From positions 52,516,001 to 52,580,000 of the forward strand of contig NW_024704743.1 of assembly GCF_018977255.1 (NCBI RefSeq): a stretch of 64,000 nt of DNA, read 5' to 3'. The DNA comes from Callorhinchus milii. Taxonomy: Eukaryota. The translations under genes were made by a program, and so were the position numbers. Of this stretch, positions 23,420 through 38,060 are shown in pieces; within the stretch, counting starts at the first letter, position 1, and every line of letters begins with the position of its first letter. The notes beneath the pieces are model-generated. The model had not been told where the DNA came from. It saw only the letters and a list, made by a program, of their open reading frames with translations, and ran no database searches.

Positions 23420-25410
23420 TACATAGCCCATGGAAGATCTCCCTGCAGTCCTTCTCCGCTGCCCTGGAATCCTCTGAACTCCTTCCCTTCTGGCCCACCT
23501 CTCGCACCAACCCACTCACTGTGTTTACTCTTCACCACAGTACCCTCTCCACCACACTCGATGCCCTTGACCCCCTCACCTCCCGAACTGCCTCCAATTC
23601 CCGATCCTCACCCTGGTTCACCAGCCACCTCCACTCGCTCAAGGGCCAGGTGCGGGCTGCTGAACGCACTTGGCTCAAATTCAGCCTAACGGTCCACCGC
23701 CACATCTGGCTGGATCTCATCAAAACTACCGCTCCGCTCTCGCCTCGGCCAAATCATCTTTCTACTCCAGTTGAACCCTGGAGGCAAAGGGCAACCCCAG
23801 GCTCCTGTTCTCCACCACCAACCGGCTCCTCCACCCACCCCGCCATGCCTCACAGATTCTTTCTTCCGACTCCCACTGTGAGGAAATCAACGGAAACCGC
23901 TCAGCTGCCACTGCCCTCCCAACTTCCACCCCCTCCCTAACCCCACCCCAAACTCCGACAATTACCCATCCCTCCTTCCACACCTGTGAACCTATCTTCA
24001 CCACCATATCCTCCATGAAGCCCATCACCTGCTCCCTGGACCCCATCCCCACCCCTCTCCTTAAATCCCAGCTCCACCTCCTTGCCCCACTACTCGCCGA
24101 CATCATTAACCTCTCCCTGTCATCTGGCACTATTCCTTCCCCCTTAAAACAGCCATTATCACTCCCACCTTGAAGAAACCTTCCCTTGACCCATCACAGC
24201 TATCTAGCTACCGGCCCATCTCAAACCTTCCTTTCCTATCCAAGGTCCTTGAGAGAGCCGTTGCCTCCCAGCTTCGTTCTTTCCTCTCCTCGCACTCCCT
24301 CCATAACCTCTCTAATCGGGTTTCTGTGCTGCCCACAGCACAAAAACTGCTCTGGTCAAGGTCACAAATGACATCCTGATCATGTGTGACCAGGGCTCCC
24401 TCTGCCTCCTCATCCTCCTCGACCTCTCCACTGCCTTTGACACCGTGGACCACTCAATCCTCCTCCACCGTCTCTCCTCCCACCTCAACCTCAAAGGTTC
24501 TGTCCTTGACTGGTTCAGATCCTACCTTTCACACCGTCTCCACTTCGTCACAGCAAACGACTTCTCCTCCAGCCCCCGCACAGTCTCGTGCGGTGTCCCT
24601 CAGGGCTCTGTCCTCAGTCCCCTCCTCTTCACCCTCTACATGCTCCCCCTTGGCGACGTCATCCGCAGACATGGGGTAAATTTCCACATGTATGTGGATG
24701 ACACCCTCAACTCTAGGACTACTGGCGTCCTGACCGACTGCCGGTCCGACATCAAGTCCTGGACGAGGGACAACTTTCTCCAACTCAACATCAGCAAGAC
24801 CGAGGCCCTCCTGATTGGCTCGCGCCAACGTCTCCCCACTTCGGGCGTTGGCAGCATCAGCCTCCACGGATACACATTCAACCTCACTGAGCCAGTCTCA
24901 TCGGCCTTCTCAACTCTTCCCTTCACAAGGATCATCCAAAATTCTGCCGCTCGGGTACTCTCACGCACCAAACTCTGCAACCCCATCACTCCCTCCCTCA
25001 CCCGACTCCACTGGTTCCCCATACCCCAGAGGATCGAGTTCAAAATTCGTATCCTCACTTTCAAGGCCATCCATGGCCTTGCCCCCTCCTACCTCTCTGA
25101 CCTGCTGACTCCCTACCAACCTATCCATTGCCTCTGTTCAGCGGGCTCCCTTCTGCTCCATGTCTCCCGCCCGACCCGCCCTACCATCAGTGGCCGGGCT
25201 TTCAGCCTCTCTGCCCCCACACTCTGGAACTCCACCCCACGGTCCCTTCGCCTCGCTTCCTCCCTTGCCTCCTTCAAGGCCAGTCTCAAGACTCTTCTCT
25301 TCGATCGTGCCTTTGTTCTCCCTCCACCTCTCTGCCTTCCCTCACCCCTACACCATCCCTCCCCCATGCTCGGGCCCTGACACCTGACTGTTCAGCGCTT
25401 TGGGACGTCT
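23420..25410 (+). mobile_element. L2-clade LINE, 5'-truncated and decayed ORF2 (RT)
   Basis: [56 protein letters not shown]; frameshifts present. Confidence 0.9.
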
Positions 25411-25499
25411 GCTCTGCATTCCCATTCTTGCCAATGAACCAGGCTGATAGATCCTTCACCAACAGACCCGCTTGGCTCAGGAACCAGACTACCAAAGCT

Positions 25500-27140
25500 G
25501 TCATAGACAGTTGACTCGAATGTGATAATCCGTTGCCAAAAATGTCAGTAAGAGCAAAGTCAGCTCCAAGAAGACCCCACCTCTCCCCCCACCCACGAGG
25601 ATCATCACTAATTGATCATTTGACAAGTGTAGGTTTGAGCCCTCACTAAGTGGATGGCAGGTACCAATAAAGTCCCGGTGAGCAGCACAGCCCAGCATGA
25701 AACGTGTGAGAGCATTGCCATCATCGCCATCAGCTTGGACACACATTCCTATCCATTGAGCAATGGATCCACCAGAGTTTAAGCAGTATCTGCTTACCTC
25801 TCTGTATATAACCATGGATATGCAAACAGGTATTCAAGAATCTAGACTCCAGATAACTGTTCAACAGTTGTCGCCCCGAAGCCTCATACAAAGTCACAAC
25901 CAGTCCCATACATTCCTCATGAGAATGGAAGCCAGCCTGCTCCTTCCTGATCAAATCACGAGCCTCCAATGAGTGCAATGCAAATGCAGTGACAATCCGA
26001 AGCAGCACTTTAAGAGCCACAAAAATCAGCGAGATCCCTCTGCAGTTATCGATTTCACTAGGGCCACCCTTCTTGAGGAAAAGACACCAGAATTGCACTC
26101 TGGAACACTGACAGGGTGCAGGTGTCAGAAAAAATCCTGTTGACTAGTGCTAGGAGGGCAGCTCCAAGGTGAGTCAGAGGTTCCTGGCTTGGACCTGTAA
26201 GATCCTCACCTCCTTCAGAGCAGCTTTTAGGAACTCAGTATTGATGTCATCTGTACCAGGTGCCTTGCCATTGGGAAGGAGCCAAAGTTTAGAGTCCACC
26301 TCCTCCAAAAGATTAGGTCATTAAGGTCTTCAATCTGTCACACGCCACCTACCAACTCTTCCAGCCTTCATGAAGATGCGTCTCTGCTGCGGTCTGTTGG
26401 GTCAGATGCCAGCTCCTTGTAATGTTCCCTCCAGACCCCGAGAATAACATGGGGCTTTTGTAGAATACCGGACTTGTCCACTACTAATATGAGCCCAGAG
26501 AGGTCCCTCCAGCTATGATTGACAACAGACTTCAGCCAGCAGAAGAAAGATTTAGGATCATTCTTGTGCAGTTGCGCCCCTTTTGGAGTGGCAAAACTGA
26601 TCCCAATTCATTTCTCTGATGACTTTTCTAACATTGTGCCATACTTGGTTGTACGTTGTCTTTGCTGCAGTTTCCAGCTTGCTCCGAGGAAGCTTCTAGA
26701 ACCGTTTTAAAGGCTATATGCTTTTGCCTAATAACTCTCCGTCCCTTTGTGGTTTCTCTGTCAGGGTCCTGCAATAAGGCTTGAGTGCCTTGAAGAGTTT
26801 AGCTTCATTTTCCTCACAACTTCAGCTGCAGAAGCAACAAAGTCCTCGGCTACATCATTGATCATTGAGTCCCCACTGTCAGCCCTCACAGTCTCGGTCC
26901 CAGGCTAGAGTCGGCTGTTCAGTGAACCCACTGACTCACAAACCCACACATTCGGGAGTATGGACCTGCTCTCCTGCTCCCACAGAGAAGAAGGACTGCA
27001 CTAAAAAGATGTGCTCTTCATAACAAATTGCTGCGCTTGAAGAGAGAGGAGCACAACCAAAGCGCCCTTTGCCCCTTCTCAGCACAGTCCCACAGGTCAG
27101 TGTCCAAGCAAAAGTTGGTGTCGACTACAATCCCAGATAC
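25500..27140 (-). mobile_element. Rearranged relic of a non-L2/non-CR1 non-LTR retrotransposon (clade uncertain, RTEX-like?)
   Basis: LPNGKAPGTDDINTEFLK, DNCRGISLIFVALKVL...RKEQAGF..HEECMG, YLGIV, and a possible C-terminal zinc-knuckle relic (MCVQAD...RFMLGC). Confidence 0.6.
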
Positions 27141-29199
27141 TAATAAGAATCAACAATTGTCACCAATGCCCCTTGTATTTTCCAATCAATAGTCTTGAGG
27201 TTCCTTTTTGATAATGATAATAATAATATTAATAATAATCCATGCATTTGGTATAGCGCCTTATCACATATTCTAGACTTCTCAAAGTACTTCATAGAAT
27301 ATACTGTAAACCTGATTGACTGTATATTTGGGGGCGAATAATAATAATCCTTCCATTTGATAGCATGCCAATCAGGTCTTCGAGACGTCTCAAAGCGCTT
27401 CACAGAATATAATAATAATATACTGTAAAGTGTAGTGACTGTATATTTTGTGGGCGAAATGCAGCAGCCAATTGTGCACAGCAGCATCCCACAAACAGTC
27501 GTGGATTGAGTGACCATATTTTTGAGATTGTCCTTGATTTATCTGTGCCCTTATTATCTTACATAGTTTTAACATCTAAGCGTTCCAAGATTTTATCCCC
27601 AAGCTTTGGCTCTTACCAACCTACGCCTAATACTCTCCAGATTTAGGTAAGCATGGTGCATCCCTCCAGAGAAAGAATACACATTCCATTCTAGATACAG
27701 GAAAATATTCATATGTAGGTGACATACATATGTATACCTCCATCTCTTTTGGATAGTGAAAAATGTTGATGGATTTCCAACATATCTCAGACACCCAGCT
27801 GACCAAAAATAAAGAGTAAATAAATCCTGGCCAATATTGTGATCCCCAAAATTGATTATTGACTACACTTAAGAGTAACTAATTGTGTGAAACGCTTTGA
27901 GACATTTTCACAAGTATTATTACTGTATGTTGATGCCCTTAAGTGCCAGCTATGAGTGCATGTTCTCAGGAAAATATTAATAATAATTATTTAGTAATAA
28001 AACACTGAACAGATTGTAAAACGAACTGTTCCCCTCTACCACTGCTAAAGTGGTGGTAAGTGTGTGTGTGTGTGAGTGGGAGGGTTCAGTAGAGGCATCA
28101 GTCTTCCTCCCATTTAATTTTCCTTTTATTACACCTTCATCCAAAATCACTCCTGAAATTGTAATTAATAATTAATTGGTTTTTGTCTCATTGTTGTTTG
28201 TAAGATAAAGCTGTAGGATAAATTGGATGTCACATTTAGCTCCAAAATAACCAATTTTGGGGGGTCAGTTAATATTGACCAGGATTTTTGTATTCTTTTT
28301 TCTTTTTGTTACATTGTCAACCTCGACTACGTGAGTTCCAAGTGCTGAATTGGAGCTTGAAACCACGACCTTCTGACTCAGAGATGAGTAATGAATAGTA
28401 TGATGACTGTGTAAATTTTGTTATTGCATTTTGTGGGTCAATGCGGCAGCCAATTTACGCCCAACAATGTCTCACAAATGACCGTGGAGTCAGTCACCAG
28501 TTTAATTTGGGGGATCGTTGGCCAGGTCACTGGGAGAAACTTGCTTCTCTTTTTGAATAGTGCCATGGGAACTTTAAATCCACCTAAACAGGCAGACGGA
28601 ACTTCAGTTTAAACTCTTATCTGGGGAATGTTTTCATAAATCCCTTGAGTTTATGCTTCTTTGTGGCAGACATTGGATAAAATCTCTTTTGTAAATGATT
28701 GTATCAAAAAAGCTGAAGAGAAAAAATAGAAAAAGTTATGATTTTTTTTGTCAGCTGAGTGTGTGGCATTTGCGGAAACCTTTCAACATGCTTCCGATAT
28801 CCAAACCGGACTGAGAATTCCACATATGTATACCATCTATTAAGGGATTAAGGGATATGGGGATAGGGCGGGTAAATGGAATTAGGTTAGAAGATCAGCC
28901 GTGATCTTAGTAAATGGCAGGGCAGGCTCGAGGGGCCAAATGGCCTACTCCTGCTCCTATGTCTTATGATCTACATAGGGAAATTTACGTGTCTGGAATG
29001 AAATATGCACTCATTCCCCAGAGGAAGGAAAAGTTTTGAGAAAAGATCAGGGTTTCCCCACTTGATTGTCTCACAACCTCCCACTAATCCAACCTGGGAA
29101 TCCTCTGTCGGGCTCACCATGGTACCCGCCATTGCCTATCTAGCAACAACCACACTGACTACCCCATTCCTACCACAAGGTCCATCAGTCCCTGACTCA

Positions 29200-31005
29200 A
29201 GTGGCAAACTTCTCCTTCCTCATCCACATTCCCACCCTCCCTGTCAATCCTCCTCCTCTCCCCTCTCGTCTTGCAATTTCTTTGCCAACTGACCTCTCTG
29301 TATCGTTCCAAAAAATGTTTGCTCCCTCTCCAACAAAGCTCTCACTATCCACGACCTCATTGTTGATAGAAACATCAACATCCTCGTCCTCACAGAAACC
29401 TGGATCACCCCAGGTGACACCTTCCCCTGATTGAGGCCACACCACCTGGCTATACCTTCCACAATACCCCACAACCTAACCACCGTGGTGGTGGTGTGGC
29501 TCTCATCTCCAGGTCCTCATTTGCTTTACACCCCTACTCCTCTGGATCCTTTCCCTCCTTCAAGCACCTGACCCTCTACCATTCTCCAACCTTTTCCTCA
29601 AAACTTTAATTTTTGATTATCCTCCAAAACCCTCCCCTACCTTCCTCTCTGACATCTCCACCCTCCTAGCTTCCCTGTGGCTCTGTACTGAACACCTTCT
29701 CATCTTAAGTGGCTTCAATCTCCACTTCACCCCCTCTTGCTCTATCTCCGCTGAATTCTCCTCCCTCCTCTCCTCTCACAACCTCTCGCCCCATATCCAC
29801 TCTGCTACCCATGTCCATAGACACCTGCTTGATCTGGTGATTACCCGGGGCCTCAGCATCTTGGACATACTATCAATGACAAAGCCCTCTCGGACCATTA
29901 CTTCATCTCCCTTGACTCCTCCATCCTCTCCCTGCCACCCAACCCACTTTTATCTCCTACCACCCCTGGAAAAATATCTCCCCCACCCCTCCCTCTCTGC
30001 TGCCATGGAGTCATCTGAACGCCTCCACCTCTGGGCTTCCTCCCATAATGACCTATCCTCCTCGGTCACTCTCCACAACTGCCTCTCCGTCACTCTCGAT
30101 GCCCTTGACCCCCTCACCTCCCTCCTTTTTCACCATAATTATTACTACAATGAAATCCATCAACTGCTCCCTTCAATCCCATCCCTATCCCTCTCCTTAC
30201 CTCCCAGCTGCACCTCCTTGCCCCTCTACTCACAGACATCATCAACCTCTCCTTGTCCATTGGCACCTTTCCCACCCCCTTAAAAACAGCCGTCATCAAC
30301 CCAATCCTCNAAAAACCTTCCCTGGACCCTATCTGCTCTTCAACTACTGCTCCATCTCCAACCTCCTTTCTAAGTTCCTGGAATGAGTCGTTCCTTCCCA
30401 GCTTTGCTCCTTCCTCTCCTGCCACTCCCTATACGAACACCTCCAATTGGGTTTCCGCTGTCCATGGCACAGCACATCTCTCTGCTGTTTTTGATACCGT
30501 TGACCACTCCTCCTCCACCGCCTCTCACCTCAACTTTCATGGTACTGTCCTTGAATGATTCAGATCCTACCTGTCACACCATCTCCACTTTGTCTCCACA
30601 AACAGCTTCTCCTATAGCCCCTGCACCATCTCGTATGGCGTTCCTCAGGGATCTGTCCTTGGTCCCCTCCTCTTCAATAGCTATTTGCTCCCTCTTGGTG
30701 ATATCATCTGCAGACATGGGGTCAACTTCCACATGTATGTGGATGACACCCAACTCTACCTCTCTGCCTCCACCCTTGACTTCAGGACCACTGCTGTCCT
30801 GACAGAATCTCTGTCAGACATCAAGTCCTGGATGAGAGCTAACTCTCTACAGTTGAACATCAACAAGACTGAGGCTCTCCTGATTGGCTCCTGTCAGCGC
30901 CTCCACACCTCAGATGCTGACATCATCACCATCCATGGATGCACACTCCACCTTACTAAGTCGGTCTGGAACCTTGGGGTCTTGTTTGACCCTCAACTGT
31001 CCTTT
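29200..31005 (+). mobile_element. Decayed L2 LINE (endonuclease to RT relics)
   Basis: Pyrimidine-rich, ETW and GGGVA-like EN relics, [18 protein letters not shown]. Confidence 0.85.
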
Positions 31006-31330
31006 ATAATAATAATAATAATAATAATCCTTGCATTTGATATAGCGCTTTTCACGTCGGGAGGACGTCCCAAAGCGCTTCACAGAACACACTGTAAAGT
31101 GAATTGACTGTATATTTCTGGGCGAACGCGGCAGCCAATTGCGCACAGCAATGTCCCACAAACAGTCGTAGATTGAAAATTACCAATTTATTATTGTTTT
31201 TGGTTTTGGAGGGATTATTATTAGGTGTGTGGAGTAAGGAAACTTGCCCAAGGTTTCGCCCTGCCTGGAATTGAACTCAGGTCTCTCACTTGCAAAGCGA
31301 GTGCTCTAACCACTGAGCTGCAGGACTCCA
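31005..31330 (-). mobile_element. tRNA-derived SINE, young copy
   Basis: Same family; long (AAT)n tail. Confidence 0.85.
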
Positions 31331-34300
31331 TTCCACTCCCTACCCTTCCTGACCATCACTCCTCCTGCTTGGGTCCAAATGCCTGACTGTCCAGCACTTT
31401 GGAACATCCTCCGGACATGAAAGGCACAATAGAAATGTAATTTGTTGTTGTTGTTTGTGGGATTTGTGTAGATATCTCCAGTGAAGTAGCACAAATTTTG
31501 GATTGATGGCTGAATGTCCTCCTTCTGTGCTGTCATTTCTAATTCTATATTTAACAAAAACTGAATATGAGGCAGGATTTCACTGTTAATTCAACAGTAA
31601 TTCTGCTCAACTGCAACAGGTCCTGTTATGTTCTGTAATGGGAAATGCTCTGTACTCGAGATATTTAATAGAAAGATTTGCTGTACTGTCCGTTTTAAAG
31701 CTATTGAGACAAGCCAGCAGTTGCAATGGCTGCCTAAGATAGCAGCTGGTGAAATGCCAAAATTTTCTTTATTTTCTGAAAATTTTGGTTGTAATAGGCA
31801 AACTACAAAACCCAGTCATGACACATTTTTTTTCAAAATAAATTTTACCATGTAACTTGAATACAATGGAAATAATCCCTCCACACCCTTGTCTGACTGC
31901 ACCCAACTGCTGCAACCTATTACAATCCTACCTACCTGCTCAGATGCTAGCCTCGCCCTATGTACTTTCAGATATTCTGCTCCCACTCTCTGTAATCTCA
32001 TTCCAGAATCTCTCTGACTCAACCATCCCTCCCCATATTTGAAGCCCTCCTCAAGACTTACCTCATTGACTGTGACTGTGTTTTCAGTCATCTTTCCTTC
32101 ACCACTCTCTTCAGTTCCCTCCCCTCAACCCCCACAGATCAAGTGCCCAGCCAGAAATGCAAAGTGCTGTGAGACATCCTTTCCTTGTGACGTGAAAGAG
32201 ATTACGTAAATCTAAATTGCATTGTAATGATATTGTAATCAATAATTTTTGAATATATATACCGAACCGTCTTGGGTGTGTTCGTTTTCCTTCAGATTTT
32301 ACGGCTTTCACCTTATATCCTTATTTGTACAAGAAGTTAAATAAAATAATCAATATGATCAGGTTATAATAACAATACTTGCAGGTATAGTGCCTTTCAC
32401 AGCACAAGAATGTCTCAAAACACTTCACACAAAATAGTTTAAAGTATTGTTTGTGGCAGACACCACAGCTAATTTGCACACAGTATTGTCCACAACAAGC
32501 ATCCAGCCTTCATCTAATCCAGGGTGCTCCAACCTTTTGGTTGCTTAGTACCGGATGCCCTGTTTGAGAAACATTCACAGGCCGATAAGCAACATTTTTT
32601 TTTCCTTCCAGAAACATAACATTTACAGGTTATGGAGGGAGCAGATGAGGAGTCCAGTTGGACTTCTAATCAAAAAAACTAAACTTACCTAACACAACGA
32701 TTCATATTCTAACTTATCCAAAATTCAGTTCTGATCACAACACCACCCAGGCCCCTATCAACTAACAAACTCAGCCTCACACTCCATCTCTGTAAAATGC
32801 TTTGAGGCATTCACCTACATGAAAGGCCCTAGATAAGTGTAATTTTTTGTGTTCCCAGCTTCTCTCTACACACGCTTTAGCCCTTCCAGAACTGGGCAGC
32901 CGATTTCCTATTCCGCACCAGGCTCTGAAAGTCTAGTGCCACTTCAAGTGTCAGCCTGGCTCAGTTGGCAGCCCTCTCTTCTCTGAGGCGTAAGATTGTA
33001 GGTTCAAGCCCTCTTCAGAACTTTGAATTCCTACAGTCTGGTCTGTTGCTCCAATGCAGCGTTGGGGTAGTGCTGCATTGCTGAGGTGCCGTCCTTTGGA
33101 TGAAACATTAAACTGAGGCCCTGCCTGCCTGTTTAGGTGGACATTAAAGATCTCATGGCTCTATTCAAAAAAGAGAAGGGAGTTTCTCCTGATGACCTGG
33201 CCAACAATCCTCCAAATAAAATTCAATCTCCGTAAACCCACTTTTGCCAAAAATGACTATAACAGCTCAGCAGTGCCACTAGCAGGTGTGCTAAATACAC
33301 TTTAATACAACTGTTATTAGTTAAACAATACCTGGGAAATAGCATCTGTGTCACATCCTCCACTTGAGTAACAATAGCAACAGGCAACAAAACACAATGC
33401 ACAATTGTATCATTTGGGTGTTGATAAATATTTTCAGGTGTCAACAAATTTAAATATTGCTTTTTATTTAATACCAGCAACAAGTGAAAACTTAAACAAC
33501 TGTAATCTATTGCGCTCACCAACTGCAACTAACTAAGCCAAACTAGCACCTTACCGGCGAGTACATTTTATACAAGGAGTACATTTTCTGTGGTGAGAGT
33601 AAAACACTTTCACCAAAAAGTGCCTGAGTGTCACACAATGAACTTACTGAAAATAGCAATCTTTTCATTGGTGTATTTATTATGGGAAATACAATTAGCA
33701 AACACAGTGAAATTATTTGTTTTTTTTATTGATCATCTTAACGTAAATCCCTCCTAATTGATCATCTCAAGAGAGAGCCAAACATCTCTGTATGAAAGGG
33801 AGACACCTAATCTGCCATATTCACTTTCACCACTGTCACTACTTAAAAATTTGTTGACCAGGCAATCTTTCATTTTCTTTTCCTCCCTGTGAGGAAACGC
33901 CTCATTCAGCATCCTCACTCTAATTGTAGCACAGATATGCTGAGAATTCATCACCCAGCGTATTTAGACATCAGACCGCAATGTATGCTCTTATTTTTTT
34001 CACATACTGACCCGGACGAAACCCTGACTCCGCTTGACTGGCACCGGCCTTCTGCTTGTCCCTCGCACCCTCTGCCCCACCATCCGAGGTCGCGGTTTCA
34101 GCCACTACACCCCAAAACTCTGGAACACTCTCCCTCAATCCCTCCGCCTTTCCCCTCTCTCCCCTTTTTCAAGTCCCGCTTGAAAACCTTTCTCTTCAAT
34201 CGTGCTTACGGCCACCCCCCACCCACACCCCACCCCGCTCCCACCACCTGGTTCGGAGCCACTGTTAAGTGCTCTGAGATGCTACTCAGCATGGAGGGCA

Positions 34301-34519
34301 CTATATAAATGCGAGTTGTTGTTGTTTTTCTTATCACATCAAAGTCTCAAAGTGCCTTATTAAACTAAGGTCCCACCTACTTGTTGTGATGGACATTAAA
34401 GATCCTGTGGCACAGTTCAAAAAGAAAAGGGAGTTTCTTCAGTCCAATAATCCTTCACATAAATTTGTAATTCATGTTATGTTGCAAAAGGTTGTTGTGT
34501 TTAAGCACTCCAAGATGGA

Positions 34520-35520
34520 ACTTGGCAAGTAGGAACCCGTTTGTTAGTTGATTGGCAGATCACTTTCTGGAGGTAATAATCCCTCAAATAAAAATTCTCA
34601 ATCCACGACTGTTTGTGGGACAATGCTGTGTGCAAGTGGCTGCTGCATTTCGCCCACAAAATGCAGTCAATTCACTTTACAATATATTCTGTGAAACGCT
34701 TTGAGACATCTCAATGAATTAATAAGGCACAATATCAAAAGCAAGGATTATTATTATTAAAGTGTTATGTGCAGTGATTGTTTTTGTAAGGAAATAATAA
34801 TGATTTGCATTTATATAGCATCCTTCATGCAGGGTTGTGACTTGGGGCGCTTAAACACAACAACTTTTTGCACCATAAGGTGAATTACAAATTTATGTGA
34901 AGGATTATTGGACTGAAGACACTCCTTTCTTTTCTGAACAGTGCCACAGGATCTTTAATGTCCATCCCAACAGATAGCCGGGTCCTCAGTTTAATAATAA
35001 TAATAATCCTTGCATTTGATATATCGCCTTAAAACTTCGAGACATCTCAAAGCACTTCAAATATACTGTAAAGTGAATTGACTGTATTTTCGTGGGTGAA
35101 ATGTGGCAACCAATTACACACTGCAGTGTCCCACAAATAGTTGTGGATTGAGTGACCAAATTTTTAAAAAATTATTTTTGAAGGGATTATTACCCCCGGA
35201 AAAGCGATCTGCCAATTGACTAACAGCCAGGTTTCTACTTACTGCTAGGTGAACAGAGGCATGTGGAGTGGAGTAAGGAAACTTGCCTAAGGTTTCGCCC
35301 TGCCGGGAATCAAACCCAGGTCCTCTCGCTTGCGAGGCAAGCGCTCCAACCAATACGCTACAGGACTCTGCATATAATAGTAATAATAATAATCCTTGCA
35401 TTTGATATAGAGCTTTTCACGTCTTCTCGACGTCTCAAAGCGCTTTACAGAATAGACTGTAAAGTTTGTAAAGACTGTATATTTGTGGGCGAAATGCGGC
35501 AGCCAATTGTGCACACATCT
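34520..35520. mobile_element. SINE cluster in both orientations (further family copies at 27210-27520, 50740-51100, 53540-53910, 57940-58145)
   Basis: Same SINE body and tail. Confidence 0.8.
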
Positions 35521-36231
35521 GAAGTGTGATATCTCATCTGAAGGATATCTCATCTGGTGCCTGAAATTAACCACTTGCACAATAGTCAAAGATTATTGTA
35601 TCTTTGAATGCCATAGAAATGCTTCTCTGACCACAGATGTTCACTTCCACCTATTTGCAAATAAGTCAAATAAGAAGATGGCAAACTTTCCTGCAACTTA
35701 CCCTTGTAAGTCTGTTAGCTTACACAGGGCACTTCAGCTACTTTGGGAGGTGAATTCTTTGTTTGTAAATACAGTGTCAATAATACAGAATCTACTTCCT
35801 AGTATCACTGCCAGATTGTCTCCCTGACCTGGTAGTGGTTTGCTGTATATAGTGCTACTGCTCAGTGCTCCCTGAATAAAGTGGCCTCTTATTGCGACTC
35901 AGCAGCATATAGGAGTCCTGCATATCTCACAGGACACAATCATACTAACCCTCCTGCAATACATGGCAGTGCTGAACAGGGGAATGGCATTAGGGGGGCA
36001 ATGGTAAATAATGCCTCATATCGGCGCTGTTGCCCGCGATGACCAGGATTTAAGGTGCGGTTTCTATCTGGAAAATGAGTTTGTCTCGGTGTTTGCAGGT
36101 TTGTATTTACTTCATGTCCTCACAGGGAGAAGCGAATGAGAAGCCACTTCAGCACTGTGAGCAGCAGTGTGCCTACCTACATCCGAGCTTTGTCAACAGT
36201 GTCAGTGCTTATCCTTATGAGAGACACCGTT

Positions 36232-36580
36232 TGCGCCAGACATACAGAGTGAGACAGTGAGAGACAGTGTGTGTCAAACATATAGAGTGAGACAGTGAAA
36301 CATAGAATACAGAGAGAGAATGAGACAGAAATAGAGAGAATGAGACAGTGAGAGACTAAAATACAGTGATAGAGAAAGTGAGAAACAAATAATGAAGCAG
36401 TGAGAGACACAATTTAGAAAGAGATGGTGAGAGACAGAAATAAACAGTGATAGAGATTGAGAATGAAATAGACAGTGAGACAGTGAGACAGAAACAGAGA
36501 GAATGAGACAGTGAGAGACAGATAAAGATAAACTTAGAGATAGTGAGAAACAGAAATAAAGAGACAGTGACAGACAGATA
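36232..36580. repeat. Degenerate (GAGACAGT/GAGA)n simple repeat
   Basis: Purine-rich low-complexity tract seen directly. Confidence 0.9.
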
Positions 36581-36584
36581 TACA

Positions 36585-38060
36585 ACAACAACAACAACAT
36601 TACATTTGGAGGACGTCCCAAGGCGCTGGACAGTCAAGAGTTTTGGACCCGAGCTGGGGGTCGGGATCAGGGAGGGTGGAGGGCAGGGGAGGAAGGAGGC
36701 TGATCGAAAGCACAGTCAAAGAGAAGGGTCTTGAGATGAGTCTTGAAGGAGGTAAGGGAGGGGGTGAGGCAGAGGGACTGCGGGATGGAGTTCCAGAGGG
36801 TGGGTGCAGAGTGGCTGAAGACCATCTGACAATAGTAGGGCGGGCGAGGCGGGGGATGTGAAGCAGGCCAGAGCTCACTGAGCGGAGGGAGAGAGCAGGA
36901 TGGTAGGGGGTTAGGAGGTCGGAGAGATAGGGGGGAGCAAGACCGTGGAGGGCTTTGATGATGAGGAACAGGATCTTGAACTGAATCCTCTGTGTGATGG
37001 GAAGTCAGGCGAGGATGAGAGTGATAGGGTCACAGCGTCTAGTGCAGAAGAGGACTTGAGCTGCCGAGTTCTGGATCATCTACAGCCTATGGAGGGAGGA
37101 GTTGGGGAGGCCGACAAGCAGGGAGTTTGCACAGTCGAGCCTCGTTGTAATGAATGTGTGTATGAGGGTCTCGGCGGCCTGCGGTGTGAGACAGTGGTGG
37201 AGCCGGGCGATGTTGCGGAGGTGGGAGAAGGCAAAGTGGGACAGGGCATGGATGTGGGGTAGAAAGGATAGACCCCGAGGTTCCAGACTGGCTTAGTAAG
37301 GTGGAGTGTGCAGCTTTGGATGGTAATGAGGCACCTGAGGTGTGGAGGGGCTGACTGGAGCCAATCAGGAGAGCCTCGGTCTCGTTGAAGTTAGCTCTCA
37401 TCCAGGACTTCATGTCTGTCAGGACAGTAGTGGTTCTGGAGGCAGAGAAGTGCAGTTGGGTGTCATCCGCATACATGTGGAAGTTAACCCCATGTCTGCA
37501 GATAATGTCACCAAGAGGGAGCATATAGACATTGAAGAGGAGAGGATCAAGGACAGAGCTCTGACGAACGTCGCACAAGACGGTCTGGGGGCCAGAGGAG
37601 AAGTCGTTTGTGGAGATGAAACGGAGGCGATGTGAGAGGTACGATCTGAACCAGTCAAGAACAGAACTGGGAAGGTTGAGCTTGAGGAGAGGGGGTGGAT
37701 AAGGATAGAGTGGTCAACGGTGTCAAAAACAGCAGAGAGGTCAAGGAGAACGAAGAGGCAGAGGGAGCCCTGGTTGCAAATGGACAGAATGTCATTTGTC
37801 ACTATGACCAGGGCGGTTTCGGTGCTGTGGGTGGCACGGAAACCCAATTGGAGGGGTTAGTGAAGTGGCGGGAGAGGAAGCAGTGAAGCTGGGAATCAAC
37901 AACTTGTTCCAGGACCCTAGAGAGGAAAGGGTGGTTGGAGATGGATCCAGGGAGGGATTTTGAGGGAAGTGATGATGGCCATTTTTATTGGGTTTGGAAC
38001 AGTACCAGTGGACAGGGAGAAGTTTATGATGTCTGTGAGTAGAGGGGCAAGGAGCTGGAG
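36585..38060 (-). mobile_element. Decayed L2 LINE fragment
   Basis: [19 protein letters not shown], (CAA)n tail. Confidence 0.85.

Noticed and set aside
24382..25380. 332-aa ORF as a host gene or active reverse transcriptase
   Set aside because: It is an internal piece of a decayed L2 with deletions after YVDD and frameshifts upstream.
36177..36637. Ser/Leu/Cys-rich ORFs on the minus strand
   Set aside because: They are translations of the GA-rich simple repeat.
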